In this document: positions 18,258 to 27,952 of the stretch, piece by piece
Layout of the letters: every line of letters begins with the position of its first letter
Position numbering within the stretch: the first letter of the stretch is position 1
Origin: a virus
Taxonomy: Duplodnaviria > Caudoviricetes
Direction: 5' to 3' (one strand)
Virus record (IMG/VR): IMGVR_UViG_3300012940_000003
Span: 1 to 55,293 of that record
DNA: 55,293 nucleotides
Program-made: the position numbers and the translations under genes
Notes under the pieces: generated by a model
The model's database searches: none
The model's input: the letters and a program-made list of their open reading frames with translations, nothing else
What the model was told of the DNA's origin: nothing

Positions 18258-19015
18258 CCGCCGCAGACCGTGCTCCCTCCCTGTTTCCCCACTCCGGGGA
18301 GGGAGCGCGCACCACGCCGGGCCGCGCCGCTGAGGGGTCGGCGCGGCCCGGTACGGACCCGGTCGCGCCCGACGTCCGGGCGGGCGCGGCCGGCCAGACC
18401 CGCGGGCCCTCGGCATCCGACACCCTGACGTCGGTTCCTCCTTGCGCCGCCGAGGGCCCGCGGACCCCACCCCGCGTACTCGGCCTCGACCTCTCCATCA
18501 CCGCCACCGGCGTCGCCGATATCACCCGGCACGGACGGATCATCACTTCCACCATCCGCACCGACCCGAAGGACTTCAGTCGGGACGAGCGGGGAACACG
18601 ACTCCGCCTCACCCACATCGTCTCGATCATCGCCGAGCTGATCCCCGACGGCGACCCGCCCGCACTGGTCGCCGTCGAGGGCCCCTCGTACGGATCCAAG
18701 GGCAACGCACTGCACCAACTCGCCGGCCTGTGGTGGCTCACCTACGACCACCTCGTCCGCGCCGCCCTGCCCGTCGTCGTCATCCCACCTGGCCAGGTCA
18801 AGAAGTACGCCACAGGCAAGGGCACCGCCGACAAGACGGCCATGGCCGTCGCCCTGCAGCGCCACGCCGGGATCGAGCTCGGCGACGACAACCAGGTCGA
18901 CGCGTGGTGGCTCCGCTGCATGGGCCTCGACTACCTCGGCGAGGCGCCGGTAAAACTGCCCGCCGCGCAGCGCGCCGCCCTCGACAAGATCACATGGCCG
19001 GAGGTGCGGCCGTGA
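18254..19015 (+). CDS. RuvC-like Holliday junction resolvase
   Basis: VLGLDLS..TG, VEG, VKKYATGKG.ADK and DNQVDA motifs. Confidence 0.88.
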   Translation: MTAADRAPSLFPHSGEGARTTPGRAAEGSARPGTDPVAPDVRAGAAGQTRGPSASDTLTSVPPCAAEGPRTPPRVLGLDLSITATGVADITRHGRIITSTIRTDPKDFSRDERGTRLRLTHIVSIIAELIPDGDPPALVAVEGPSYGSKGNALHQLAGLWWLTYDHLVRAALPVVVIPPGQVKKYATGKGTADKTAMAVALQRHAGIELGDDNQVDAWWLRCMGLDYLGEAPVKLPAAQRAALDKITWPEVRP

Positions 19016-19320
19016 CCACCGCCCTCACCACCGTGCCCCGCCACCCCCTCACCTGGCAGGACCGGGCCCGCTGCAACGGCCTCGACACCAACTGCTTCTA
19101 CCCCGCCGCCGAATCCCGCCACGACGCCGCCGCCAGCAAGGCCGTCATCACCCGAGCCCGGAAGATCTGCCGGCCCTGCCCCGTCCGCATGGCCTGCCTC
19201 GCCTACGCCCTCCAGGTCCCACCCGGCGCCGACTGGGGCGTCTGGGGCGGCACATCCCGCTTCCAACGCGCCGAGATCCGCGCCGGCCGCATGACCGTGG
19301 AGGAGGCCCTGGCCGCATGA
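19012..19320 (+). CDS. WhiB-family Fe-S transcription factor
   Basis: W...A.C, C..CPV...C and GVWGG motifs. Confidence 0.93.
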   Translation: MTTALTTVPRHPLTWQDRARCNGLDTNCFYPAAESRHDAAASKAVITRARKICRPCPVRMACLAYALQVPPGADWGVWGGTSRFQRAEIRAGRMTVEEALAA

Positions 19321-19670
19321 ACCCCATCACCGCCCTGAGCGAGGACCAGCGCGACCAGCTCGCCGAGGACATGCTCCCCGCCGCCGGCCGCCTCGCCTTC
19401 GCCGTCCACGTCCGCGACACCGAAGCCGTCGCCGACACCCTGACCCCGCTCAACCGCGGCGAGCTGTACGCCCTCGCCGTGGTCCTCGCCGGGTTCGTCG
19501 ACATCGACCGGGCGCCCGACGTCCTGCTCGCCTGGCTCGACGCCGACCCCCCGCCCACGCCCCGCATCTACGTGCGGCCGGTCTCACCCGAGCAGGCCGC
19601 CGCCAACCGGGCCGCCCTTGAGGAGGCCACCTCCCTACGGATCGACCAGAACAGGAGACCCACCACGTGA
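19317..19670 (+). CDS. Hypothetical protein
   Basis: Coupled ORF following WhiB. Confidence 0.7.
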   Translation: MNPITALSEDQRDQLAEDMLPAAGRLAFAVHVRDTEAVADTLTPLNRGELYALAVVLAGFVDIDRAPDVLLAWLDADPPPTPRIYVRPVSPEQAAANRAALEEATSLRIDQNRRPTT

Positions 19671-20059
19671 CCGACACCACCGACACCGGGGCGGAGGAGT
19701 ACGCCGGCGACAACCTCCGCCGCATCCGCCCCATCGCCGACGTCCTCCGCGACCTCGGCCAAGGCGCCCTCGTCGACGACGCCGGCGTCGCACTCCAAGA
19801 CCTCGTCCGCGACGTCCGCGCCATCGGCAAGAAGGGCCGCCTCACCCTCACCGTCGACGTCGCCCCCATGAAAGGCGACTCCGGCGCCGTCATGGTCCAC
19901 GCCAAGACCGACATCCGGCCGCCCGCGACCGAGCCGATCGGCGGCGTGTTCTTCGCCGACGACGACGGCGTGCTCTCCAAGGACGACCCCCGCCAGATGA
20001 AGCTCTCCTTGCGGGACGTCTCCGGCCCCGACCACTCCAACCTCAGGGACGTGCAGTGA
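19667..20059 (+). CDS. Conserved phage protein of the type preceding DUF2303
   Basis: GKKGRLTLTVDV...FFADDDG.LSK.DPRQ. Confidence 0.8.
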   Translation: MTDTTDTGAEEYAGDNLRRIRPIADVLRDLGQGALVDDAGVALQDLVRDVRAIGKKGRLTLTVDVAPMKGDSGAVMVHAKTDIRPPATEPIGGVFFADDDGVLSKDDPRQMKLSLRDVSGPDHSNLRDVQ

Positions 20060-20907
20060 CCGACACCGACAACATGCAGGCGGTCATCGACGCCGCCCGC
20101 CTCGGCGAACTCCCGGCCCGCCTCGACCTCGGCGAGTTCTACGCCGTGCGCCGTACGGACGGTGAGGTCGAGACGATCGACCTCACCGGCGACGAGTTCC
20201 GCGACTTCCCGCGCCGGACCGAAGGCTCCGTGCACGTGGACAACGTCGCGTCCTTCGCCGCGTACTTCGCCAAGCACGCCGACCCCGGTACCGAGGTGTT
20301 CGCCGACGAGACCCGTCGCACCATCACCGCCGTGCTCGACGCGCCGTGGCCGACCGCCGCGGACGACGGCCACGCCGGCGACGACGGCGCCCGCTGGCGC
20401 GAGCACGTCCTCGTGCTCAAGCCGCCCTTCACCGACGCGTGGAAGACCTGGGCCAGCGCCGACCGGCAGGCGATGGCGCAGACCCCGTTCGCCGAGTTCA
20501 TCGAGGACAACCTCGCCGACATCGCCAACGAGCCGGTCCCGGCCGCCGACATGCTCCTGGTGGCCACCACCTTCCAGCGGCACGACAAGGTGCAGTTCTC
20601 GTCCTCGACGATCCTGGAGTCCGGGGAGCGGAAGCTCCGGTACGAGGAGACCTCGGACGCCACCGCCGGGTCGAAGGGCGAGATCAAGGTCCCGCGCGCG
20701 TTCAAGATCGGCGTCGCGATCTACGACGACGTCCAGCCGTACGCGGTGGAGTGCCGCCTCCGGCACCGCGTGAAGTCCGGCCAGCTGTCCATGTGGTACG
20801 TCATGGACCGGCCCGGCGACAAGATCCTCGACGCCTTCCGCGACGTCGTCGGCCAGATCGCCGAGGCCACCGGCGCCACCGTCATGCGCGGCAGCGGGTA
20901 CGCGTGA
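20056..20907 (+). CDS. DUF2303 (YfdQ-like) protein
   Basis: SFAAY, ITAVLD, W..H, Q..FAEFIEDN..DI and F.I.V.IY motifs. Confidence 0.85.
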   Translation: MTDTDNMQAVIDAARLGELPARLDLGEFYAVRRTDGEVETIDLTGDEFRDFPRRTEGSVHVDNVASFAAYFAKHADPGTEVFADETRRTITAVLDAPWPTAADDGHAGDDGARWREHVLVLKPPFTDAWKTWASADRQAMAQTPFAEFIEDNLADIANEPVPAADMLLVATTFQRHDKVQFSSSTILESGERKLRYEETSDATAGSKGEIKVPRAFKIGVAIYDDVQPYAVECRLRHRVKSGQLSMWYVMDRPGDKILDAFRDVVGQIAEATGATVMRGSGYA

Positions 20908-21200
20908 TGCCCGGGGACCCGCAGCACGCCACCGACGAGCTCATCGCCTACGTCGTCCGCGAACGCCCCGACTGGGAACCCTGGGCCGTACGCACGGCGA
21001 TCGGCGAAGCACTCCTCCGCTGGACCTGGGAGCGCACCGTCACCGAACTCGTCCGCCTGCTGTGGGACCCCAACGCCCTCCCCGGGAACCTCGTCCCGAC
21101 CGCGGCCCCCGCCGGCAAGGGGCAGCCGCTCCCCAGGTCCCGCGTCGCCGAGCACGCCGCCGCCGCACGCGCCGGCCTCCCGAAGCGAGGTGGTCCCTGA
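20907..21200 (+). CDS. Hypothetical protein
   Basis: TGATG-coupled. Confidence 0.6.
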   Translation: MPGDPQHATDELIAYVVRERPDWEPWAVRTAIGEALLRWTWERTVTELVRLLWDPNALPGNLVPTAAPAGKGQPLPRSRVAEHAAAARAGLPKRGGP

Positions 21201-21280
21201 TCCGGACCGGCCCGGCCGCCGCCACGGCCGGGCCCACCACGCAGCGCCACCGTCCAGCACATCACCGACTCGGGGGAACC

Positions 21281-22282
21281 GTGGGAGTCCGGATCATGGT
21301 CGAAGTCCTCGACCACGCGCCGCTCGCCGATCTGCGCCAGCTCACGGCGCTGATGGCCGTCGCCGAGCGGGCCAGCGATACCACGCGGGTCGGCTTCGCC
21401 TCCCGGGAGGAGATCGGCCGGCGCATCCGCGCGACCCCGCGCACGGCTACCACGGTGCTCGGCCAGCTGGTCGACGCCGGGCTGCTGGTCGTCGTGGCGC
21501 CGGGCGGGGGCCGGGGCAGGGCGACGACGTACCGGGTGCCGCGGATGCCGGGCGCCCCCGAAAACGTGGAAGCCCAGGCTTCCCGGTTTACAGGTGGTCG
21601 CGACCCCATAAACGTGGAAGTCCAGACTTCCACGAATAGCCCTGTGGATAACTCCGGAAACGTGGAAGCCCAGACTTCCAGGAATGCGGGCGGAAACGTG
21701 GAAGCCCAGGGTTTCCAGGAAACCGCCCCTAAACGTGGAAGCCTGGGTTTCCTGGAAACGGGCCCGGAAACGTGGAAATCCGAACCCCGAAACGTGGAAA
21801 TTCAGAGGCTAAACGTGGAAGCCCAGACTTCCACCCAACCCTCATACAACCCTAGTGACAACCCTCATCCGCGCGAGCGCGCGCAAGCCACCGCCCCGTC
21901 ACCGGTGGCTGTGGACGACGACGACCGACACACCCCCCACAACCAAGATCACCCACCCACCGGCGCCGACCCGCTGACGCGAGCCGCATGGTCCGCCCTC
22001 AGCGAGGCCTCGCCCCGCCCCGTCACCCTCGACCACGCCGCCGCCGTCGCCCACCAGATCCTCAACGGCCGCACCGTCCGCGACCCCGCCGCCTACATCC
22101 GCCGCGCCATCACCGACGACCCCGAACGCTTCACCCCGCCCGCCGCCGCACCCTCCGACCGCAGCCTCGACGAAGCCATCGCGCACGCCCGCGGCACCGG
22201 CCGCACCTTCGACCCCGGCCGCGGCGCCCGCCACGCAGCCGCCGCCCGCGCCGCACTCCAAGGCGGTACCGCCGATGCGTAG
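21281..22282 (+). CDS. Replication initiator (N-terminal wHTH, internal iterons)
   Basis: HTH-like N-terminus ending G.G.AT.Y; internal NVEAQ repeats; C-terminal RDPAAYIRRAI. Confidence 0.8.
   Translation: MGVRIMVEVLDHAPLADLRQLTALMAVAERASDTTRVGFASREEIGRRIRATPRTATTVLGQLVDAGLLVVVAPGGGRGRATTYRVPRMPGAPENVEAQASRFTGGRDPINVEVQTSTNSPVDNSGNVEAQTSRNAGGNVEAQGFQETAPKRGSLGFLETGPETWKSEPRNVEIQRLNVEAQTSTQPSYNPSDNPHPRERAQATAPSPVAVDDDDRHTPHNQDHPPTGADPLTRAAWSALSEASPRPVTLDHAAAVAHQILNGRTVRDPAAYIRRAITDDPERFTPPAAAPSDRSLDEAIAHARGTGRTFDPGRGARHAAAARAALQGGTADA
21562..21832 (+). repeat. Replication-origin iterons (8x AAACGTGGAA) with a DnaA box
   Basis: Copies at 21562, 21610, 21658, 21694, 21731, 21768, 21790 and 21811; TGTGGATAA at 21643-21651; locally AT-richer. 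Confidence 0.85.
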
Positions 22283-22478
22283 CCCCATGATCGGCCGCGC
22301 CTACCTCGACCCCGGCGACCGCCTGGCCGGCCGATACGACCCGCCCCGCCCCTGCACCGTGCTCGTCCGCTGGCGCCCCGGCGCCCGCCCCCGCAACGTC
22401 GCCGTCCGCTACCTCGACGACGGCTCGACCGCCGTCATCCCGTTCACCCGCCGACTGCGGAGGCTCCTCGATGCCTGA
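22275..22478 (+). CDS. Hypothetical protein
   Basis: Overlapping operon ORF. Confidence 0.6.
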   Translation: MRSPMIGRAYLDPGDRLAGRYDPPRPCTVLVRWRPGARPRNVAVRYLDDGSTAVIPFTRRLRRLLDA

Positions 22479-22668
22479 CCCACAGCGCACAACAGCGCCA
22501 TGCCCCGAACCCGCATGCGACGGCCAGATCCGCCTCGCCACCGACCTGCCCGCCGGCCCCTACCCGTGCCCCTGCAGAGCCCGGACCGTACGCCTGTCGT
22601 GGAGCACCAGCACGGACTTCTCCCGCCAACCCGTCCTACGCCTCGACGAGTCCGGGACAACGCCATGA
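22471..22668 (+). CDS. Small Cys-rich protein
   Basis: CPEPAC...CPC. Confidence 0.5.
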   Translation: MPDPQRTTAPCPEPACDGQIRLATDLPAGPYPCPCRARTVRLSWSTSTDFSRQPVLRLDESGTTP

Positions 22669-22928
22669 CCACCACAACAGGCAGCATCGAGCAGCACGCC
22701 CGCCGGCTCGCCGCCCGCTACCCGAACGGGTCGACCGGCCGGTGCGCGGCGCTGGTCGTGGCGGTCGCGGCGCATGAGATGCGGACGCCGGTGCAGGCGC
22801 GGCGGCTGATCGCCGAACACTTCGCCGGCCGCCCCCGCAACGCCGACGTCGGGCGGGCCGCGCTCGCCCTGCTCGAACAGCTCACGGCCTCGCCCGAGGC
22901 CACGTCTACGGAAGGAACCCCCCGATGA
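22665..22928 (+). CDS. Hypothetical protein
   Basis: ATGA-coupled. Confidence 0.55.
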   Translation: MTTTTGSIEQHARRLAARYPNGSTGRCAALVVAVAAHEMRTPVQARRLIAEHFAGRPRNADVGRAALALLEQLTASPEATSTEGTPR

Positions 22929-23254
22929 AGATCGCCATCTACGGCACGTCCGACGACACCATCGCGGTCGGCGTCAACGGCCAGATCACCGACGAGTACG
23001 ACGCGTACGGCCACACCCCGGTCACCTGGGCCGCGACGCTGTACGACCCGGCCAGCGGCGGGCAGATGCGGGTGCTCGCGTTGTGGTCGGACTGCTGGCG
23101 GTTGGCGTTCGGGCAGGTCGACGAGGACCACGCGATGCCCGGTTGGCCGGTCACGCTGAGGCAGCATCCGCAGCTGTCGTATTCGGTGATGGCGGAGGTC
23201 GAGGTGCCGGACGGTACGGAGCTGGTGGATGTGCGGGAGGGCGACGATGCCTGA
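22925..23254 (+). CDS. Hypothetical protein
   Basis: IYGTSDD motif; coupled. Confidence 0.7.
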   Translation: MKIAIYGTSDDTIAVGVNGQITDEYDAYGHTPVTWAATLYDPASGGQMRVLALWSDCWRLAFGQVDEDHAMPGWPVTLRQHPQLSYSVMAEVEVPDGTELVDVREGDDA

Positions 23255-23546
23255 CCGTCCCCGCCGGGTGAGCATCACCGAGCTGGAGCGCGGTAAGCCC
23301 GGCCACTACCGGATCGCTGTCGATGACCACAACCTGGCGCCGGGACTGACCTCGGCCACGCTCGTGCTGACCGGAGGTGAGGCGCCGCGGCTGGTGCTGG
23401 AGCTGATGCTGCCAGAGCTGGATCCGGTGGACGTGTCCGGCGCCGCGGTGATCGTTCCGGAGCGTACGGCCGCTGTGCTGGCCGCGCTGGGTTGGACGCC
23501 GCCGGCCGCCGAGGTCGAGGCCGGCGGGGAGGTGCGGGATGCCTGA
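23247..23546 (+). CDS. Hypothetical protein
   Basis: Overlapping ORF with RBS. Confidence 0.6.
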   Translation: MPDRPRRVSITELERGKPGHYRIAVDDHNLAPGLTSATLVLTGGEAPRLVLELMLPELDPVDVSGAAVIVPERTAAVLAALGWTPPAAEVEAGGEVRDA

Positions 23547-24948
23547 CCCGCTGAACGACCAGCCAACCGACCGGCCTGAGCACGGCGCGCACGGAGCGGA
23601 GCGCAACGACCACGGCCCGTCAGATGCTGGTGTGGGTGATGGGGTGGGTGGGAACCTCGCGAGGGCTCTCCGTCCATCTGAGAGCCGCGCGGTTCCGATC
23701 CCCGCCGACGTCGACCCGGATGCCGCGCGGCCGTGCGGTGACACCAAGGTGCACGCGGCGCACACCTGGTGGAACGGCTGGTGGTGCGCCGGGGCCGACG
23801 AGCACGGCCTCCGCCCGATCAGACGCCCCGCCATCGTCGACGAGCCGTTTCTGTCCCGCCTCTGCCGCGACGGCGAGTGCTGCCGGTGCCACGCCGTGGA
23901 CTGCATCCACCTGTGCCACCCGGCCCCGTTCGAGCGCGCGGTTGGCGCCGGCACGTACGACCAGCCCGCCGGCGAGGTCCCTGCCGCCGACCCGGACGCG
24001 CTAACGCCGTTCGTCCGTCGGCGCATCCCGGAGTGCCCGTGGGTCGGACCGCACCGGCCGCACCACTGGTTCGCGCACCACGAGGACGATGGGCCGTACC
24101 GATTCGCCTGCCCGGGCAAGCCGGGCGACCAGCAGGCCGACGATGTCCGGGTGGCGGTCGTCCGACAGGGCGACCTGGACGAGATCCGCCGCCGGGCGGC
24201 CGACCGGAACGCCGCGCGACGCGATGCCGACGCAGCACGGAAGGCGCTGCGCACCCTGGCGCGGGCCGCCGGGCGCGTCCTGGAGGACTGGGCCGAGTCG
24301 AGTCAGGCGCGCCGCATCGAGCTGCGGAAGCGCCTGTTCGACGCCGTGGATGCGGCGTACGGGGTGCTCAACGGTGACCCGTCCGCCACCCCGCCCGCCC
24401 GGGCCGCCGGAGCCGACGAGGTGCGGGCGCAGATCGAGGACGCGCTCGACGGCGTCTTGGCACCACCCGACGGTGAGCCGACAGCGCTCGATGCGGGTGA
24501 TCGGCGTGAGCTGGCCGCTGCCGTCATGGACCGTGTCGTCGAGCCGATCCTCCGGGAGCGGGACTTGGCGATTGCGCACGACCGGCAGCCGTACCCGACT
24601 GCCGAGGCGTACGAGCGGGCGTGCGCGGCGCTGGAGAAGCACCGGGCCCGGGCCGACACCGCCGAGTCCGACCGGGATGCAGCCCGCGCAGATGCGGCCG
24701 CTCTGCGCCGCCAGCTCGGCGAGATCCAGCGCATCGCCCCGTACCTCTGCGGCCGGCACCCCGAGTACCGGACGGACTGCGCGGGGTGCGTCGCCCGGGC
24801 CGCCGTCGTCAAGATCATCGACGGCGCCGACGGGCGTGAGGCTCTCCACGCGCAGCCCCGTACCGCGGTCGTCTTGGACGACGGCCCGCACGAGGTCCTC
24901 CCCGGCGGGTTCCTCGCCGAGGAACTGATCACCGGCGAGGGGAGGTGA
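23539..24948 (+). CDS. Mosaic hypothetical protein with several Cys/His clusters
   Basis: GGAGGT RBS; 469 aa; C..H..H..W..C repeats and AHDRQPYPTAEAYE segment. Confidence 0.65.
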   Translation: MPDPLNDQPTDRPEHGAHGAERNDHGPSDAGVGDGVGGNLARALRPSESRAVPIPADVDPDAARPCGDTKVHAAHTWWNGWWCAGADEHGLRPIRRPAIVDEPFLSRLCRDGECCRCHAVDCIHLCHPAPFERAVGAGTYDQPAGEVPAADPDALTPFVRRRIPECPWVGPHRPHHWFAHHEDDGPYRFACPGKPGDQQADDVRVAVVRQGDLDEIRRRAADRNAARRDADAARKALRTLARAAGRVLEDWAESSQARRIELRKRLFDAVDAAYGVLNGDPSATPPARAAGADEVRAQIEDALDGVLAPPDGEPTALDAGDRRELAAAVMDRVVEPILRERDLAIAHDRQPYPTAEAYERACAALEKHRARADTAESDRDAARADAAALRRQLGEIQRIAPYLCGRHPEYRTDCAGCVARAAVVKIIDGADGREALHAQPRTAVVLDDGPHEVLPGGFLAEELITGEGR

Positions 24949-25143
24949 CCTCGCGGTGGCGAAGCAGATTCAGAAGCCGAAGGGCGGGCCGTCCCGCCCG
25001 CCAGCCGAGCCGGACACGCGTACGCCGTCGGGGAAGCCGCTGGGCCGGTGAGCATCCCCGACCAAGATCGTTACTGGAGAGTAGGGGCCATGCCGACCAA
25101 GATCCATGCCAGCCGGTACGCCGTACGCGCCGCCGCGTGCCCG

Positions 25144-25470
25144 TCACGTGCCGCCCGGTCCGACGGTGCGGTCGCGTTTGCTCGTGGCCGGCGGCAGCCA
25201 CCAATCCACATCATCTTCGTGCAGCAGCACCGGCAGCATCATCGTCGGGTCGTACCTCAGCCACGGCTGCTGATCGGACTGGCCGGTGTACCGCATCCGC
25301 ACCTGCGCGATCCACTCGCTCTCACGCTTCCACCACGCCAGCACCTCACCCGGCCGCCACTGGCCGAGCCACATCACGACCACCGGCGTACGGTGCTCAA
25401 CCGCCCGGGCCTGCCGAGCAGGATTGAACGGCTTCTGCACCTGCTCGGCAGACGGTAGATCAGCAGCCAT
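25144..25470 (-). CDS. Hypothetical Trp-rich protein, possibly SOS-regulated
   Basis: Protein-like ORF MAADLPSAEQ...; SOS-box-like site upstream. Confidence 0.6.
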   Translation of the reverse strand: MAADLPSAEQVQKPFNPARQARAVEHRTPVVVMWLGQWRPGEVLAWWKRESEWIAQVRMRYTGQSDQQPWLRYDPTMMLPVLLHEDDVDWWLPPATSKRDRTVGPGGT

Positions 25471-25518
25471 ACACGCATAATCGTACAAACGTTCGCCCGA
25501 ACGTAAGAGGGGGTAACG

Positions 25519-25995
25519 ATGGCCAGCACCCGCGGCCCCGACGGCAAATTCCGCCGCACCCTGGCCGGCGCCGAACGCGACGCCGAAGCCGCCCGCCTCC
25601 GCTCCCGCGGCCTGTCCTACGAAGCCATCGGCCGCGAGCTCGGCCTCGACAAGGGCAACGCCTACCACGCCGTGCAGCGCGCCCTCGAAGCCACCGTCGC
25701 CGAGCCGGCCGCCGAGGTCCGCCAGCTGGAGCTGGCCCGGCTCGACGACATGTACATGGCTGTGATGAAGGTGCTCGAAGCGCAGCACTTCACCGTTTCG
25801 AACGGCAAGCTGATCTACCACCCGGAGACCGGCGGGCCGCTGCTGGACGACGCGCCCGTGCTCCAGGCGGTCGACCGGCTGCTGAAGATCCAGGAGCGGC
25901 GGGCCCGGCTGCTCGGCCTGGACGCGGCGACGAAGACCGAGGTGTCCGGCGGCGTACGGTACGAGATCGTCGGCGTACCCACGGACGAGCTGTGA
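25519..25995 (+). CDS. Terminase small subunit (HTH)
   Basis: RLRSRGLSYEAIGRELG HTH; ERRARLLGLD; upstream of terL. Confidence 0.8.
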   Translation: MASTRGPDGKFRRTLAGAERDAEAARLRSRGLSYEAIGRELGLDKGNAYHAVQRALEATVAEPAAEVRQLELARLDDMYMAVMKVLEAQHFTVSNGKLIYHPETGGPLLDDAPVLQAVDRLLKIQERRARLLGLDAATKTEVSGGVRYEIVGVPTDEL

Positions 25996-26246
25996 CCGGC
26001 GACGAAGCGCTGCGCATCGTCGAGCTGATCCGCGCCTACCACCAGCCCGAGCAGCCACCCGACGGCGCGAGGTGGGTGTCCGGTGGCCGGGCCCCGCACT
26101 GCGCGGGCTGCGCCACCGGGGATCCGTTCCTTGATCCCGAGTGGCCGTGCCCGACTGTCCGGATCATCGACGGATGGGACCCGACCGCGCCGCCGGTCGA
26201 ACCTGAACCGGAGCGCATCGAGGTCATCATCCCGAGGCGCCGGTGA
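25992..26246 (+). CDS. Small Zn-binding-like protein between terS and terL
   Basis: H...CAGC...WPCPT; coupled on both sides. Confidence 0.65.
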   Translation: MTGDEALRIVELIRAYHQPEQPPDGARWVSGGRAPHCAGCATGDPFLDPEWPCPTVRIIDGWDPTAPPVEPEPERIEVIIPRRR

Positions 26247-27631
26247 ACGCGGTCGTCGAGCACCGGTACGAGCCACGCGGCGCCGCCCGCCAGCTCTTCA
26301 GCACCCGCGACGCCGAGGTGCTGCTCGATGGCCCGGCCGGCACCGGCAAGTCCCTCGCCGCCCTGTACCGGCTGCACGCCGCCTGCCTCGCCCACCCCGG
26401 CATCCGCTGCCTCATCGTCCGCAAGACGGCCGTCAGCCTGGCCTCCACCACACTCGTCACGTACGAGCAGCGCGTCGCGTCCAGCGCCATGGCCAACGGC
26501 GTCGTCCACTGGTACGGCGGCTCCCAACGCGAGCCCGCCAGCTACCGGTACAAGAACGGCTCCCGCATCGTCGTCGGCGGCATGGACAAGCCCGACAAGG
26601 TCATGTCCTCGGACTACGACCTGGTCTTCGCCGACGAGGCCACCGAGCTCACCGTGGAGGACTGGGAGAAGCTCGGCACCCGGCTCCGCAACGGCCAGCT
26701 GGCGTGGCAGCAGCAGATCGCCGCGTGCAACCCGTCGTTCCCCACGCACTGGCTCAACGCGCGGGCGAACGAGGGCAAGATGCGCCGCCTCATCAGCAGG
26801 CACGCGGACAACCCCCGCTACGTCCGGGCCGACGGCACCTTCACCGCCGATGGTGCGGCGTACCTGGCCAAGCTCGACGCCCTCACCGGCGTACGGAAGC
26901 TGCGGCTGAAGGACGGGAAGTGGGCGGCCGCCGAGGGCGTCATCTACGAGGGGTTCGACGAGGCGATCCACGTGATCCCCTCGTTCAAGATCCCCGAGAC
27001 GTGGACGCGCTGGTGGTCGATCGACTTCGGCTTCACGAACCCGACGGTGATCCAGTGCTGGGCCGAGGACCCGGACGGCCGCCTGTACCTGTACCGAGAG
27101 ATCTACCGGACGCGCCGCCTGGTCGAGGATCACGCGGCGGCCATCCTCACCGCCGTCACCGCGCCGGTCGCCGGCGTCGAGCAGCGCACCGACGAGCCTG
27201 TACGGGACGCGATCGCCCGCGGCGCCCGCACCTGGACTGAGCCGCGTCCGCGCGCGATCATCTGCGACCACGACGCCGAGGACCGCGCCACCCTGCAGAA
27301 GCACCTGGGCATGTCCACCGCGGCCGCGCGCAAGGAGGTGTCGCCCGGTATCCAGGCCGTGGCCACCCGGTGGCGGCCGGCCGGCGACGGCAAGCCGCGG
27401 GCGTTCCTGTTCTCCGACGCGCTGGTCGAGCGTGACCCGGAGCTGGACGAGGCGAAGAAGCCCTGCTCAACGGCCGAGGAGCTGCCCGGCTACGTGTGGG
27501 CGATCAAGCCCGGCAACGCTGGCGGGCTGAAGGAAGAGCCGGTCAAGGCCGATGACCACGGCTGCGACGCGCTGCGGTACATGGTCGCCGCGCGGGACCT
27601 CGGCGGCCGGCCCCGCATCCGCTGGATGTGA
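26243..27631 (+). CDS. Terminase large subunit (PBSX-like)
   Basis: GPAGTGKS Walker A, FADEA Walker B, CNP, IDFG and DHGCDALRY motifs. Confidence 0.95.
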   Translation: MNAVVEHRYEPRGAARQLFSTRDAEVLLDGPAGTGKSLAALYRLHAACLAHPGIRCLIVRKTAVSLASTTLVTYEQRVASSAMANGVVHWYGGSQREPASYRYKNGSRIVVGGMDKPDKVMSSDYDLVFADEATELTVEDWEKLGTRLRNGQLAWQQQIAACNPSFPTHWLNARANEGKMRRLISRHADNPRYVRADGTFTADGAAYLAKLDALTGVRKLRLKDGKWAAAEGVIYEGFDEAIHVIPSFKIPETWTRWWSIDFGFTNPTVIQCWAEDPDGRLYLYREIYRTRRLVEDHAAAILTAVTAPVAGVEQRTDEPVRDAIARGARTWTEPRPRAIICDHDAEDRATLQKHLGMSTAAARKEVSPGIQAVATRWRPAGDGKPRAFLFSDALVERDPELDEAKKPCSTAEELPGYVWAIKPGNAGGLKEEPVKADDHGCDALRYMVAARDLGGRPRIRWM

Positions 27632-27952
27632 TCAGTCCGACGCCACGCCGGCGCCGATCACGCCGCCGTCCGCGTCCAGCATCAGCCAGCCGTACGGATG
27701 GAGGCACGCGTCCAGCGCGGCCGGGATGCCGTACAGCGTGCCGGACGTGGGCGGTGCAGGCGGCGGCGTGCCGGCCGGGCGCCACGGGCTGTCGACCGGG
27801 TCGCGCTGCTTGCACCACGCGCGCAGCGTCTCCCACGCCGCCGTGCCGAACAGGACGCGGGCCGGCGTGCGTCCGGTGTCCGTCCGGAACTTGTCGCTGA
27901 CGCCGACCTTGGGGTCGGCCGCGCGGTGGACGATCTTCCGGTGCACGCTCAT
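27632..27952 (-). CDS. Hypothetical protein
   Basis: ATGA-coupled to the RHH gene. Confidence 0.6.
   Translation of the reverse strand: MSVHRKIVHRAADPKVGVSDKFRTDTGRTPARVLFGTAAWETLRAWCKQRDPVDSPWRPAGTPPPAPPTSGTLYGIPAALDACLHPYGWLMLDADGGVIGAGVASD

Noticed and set aside
21562-21832. CRISPR array
   Set aside because: Repeats are about 10-20 nt, irregularly spaced and inside an ORF; no cas operon
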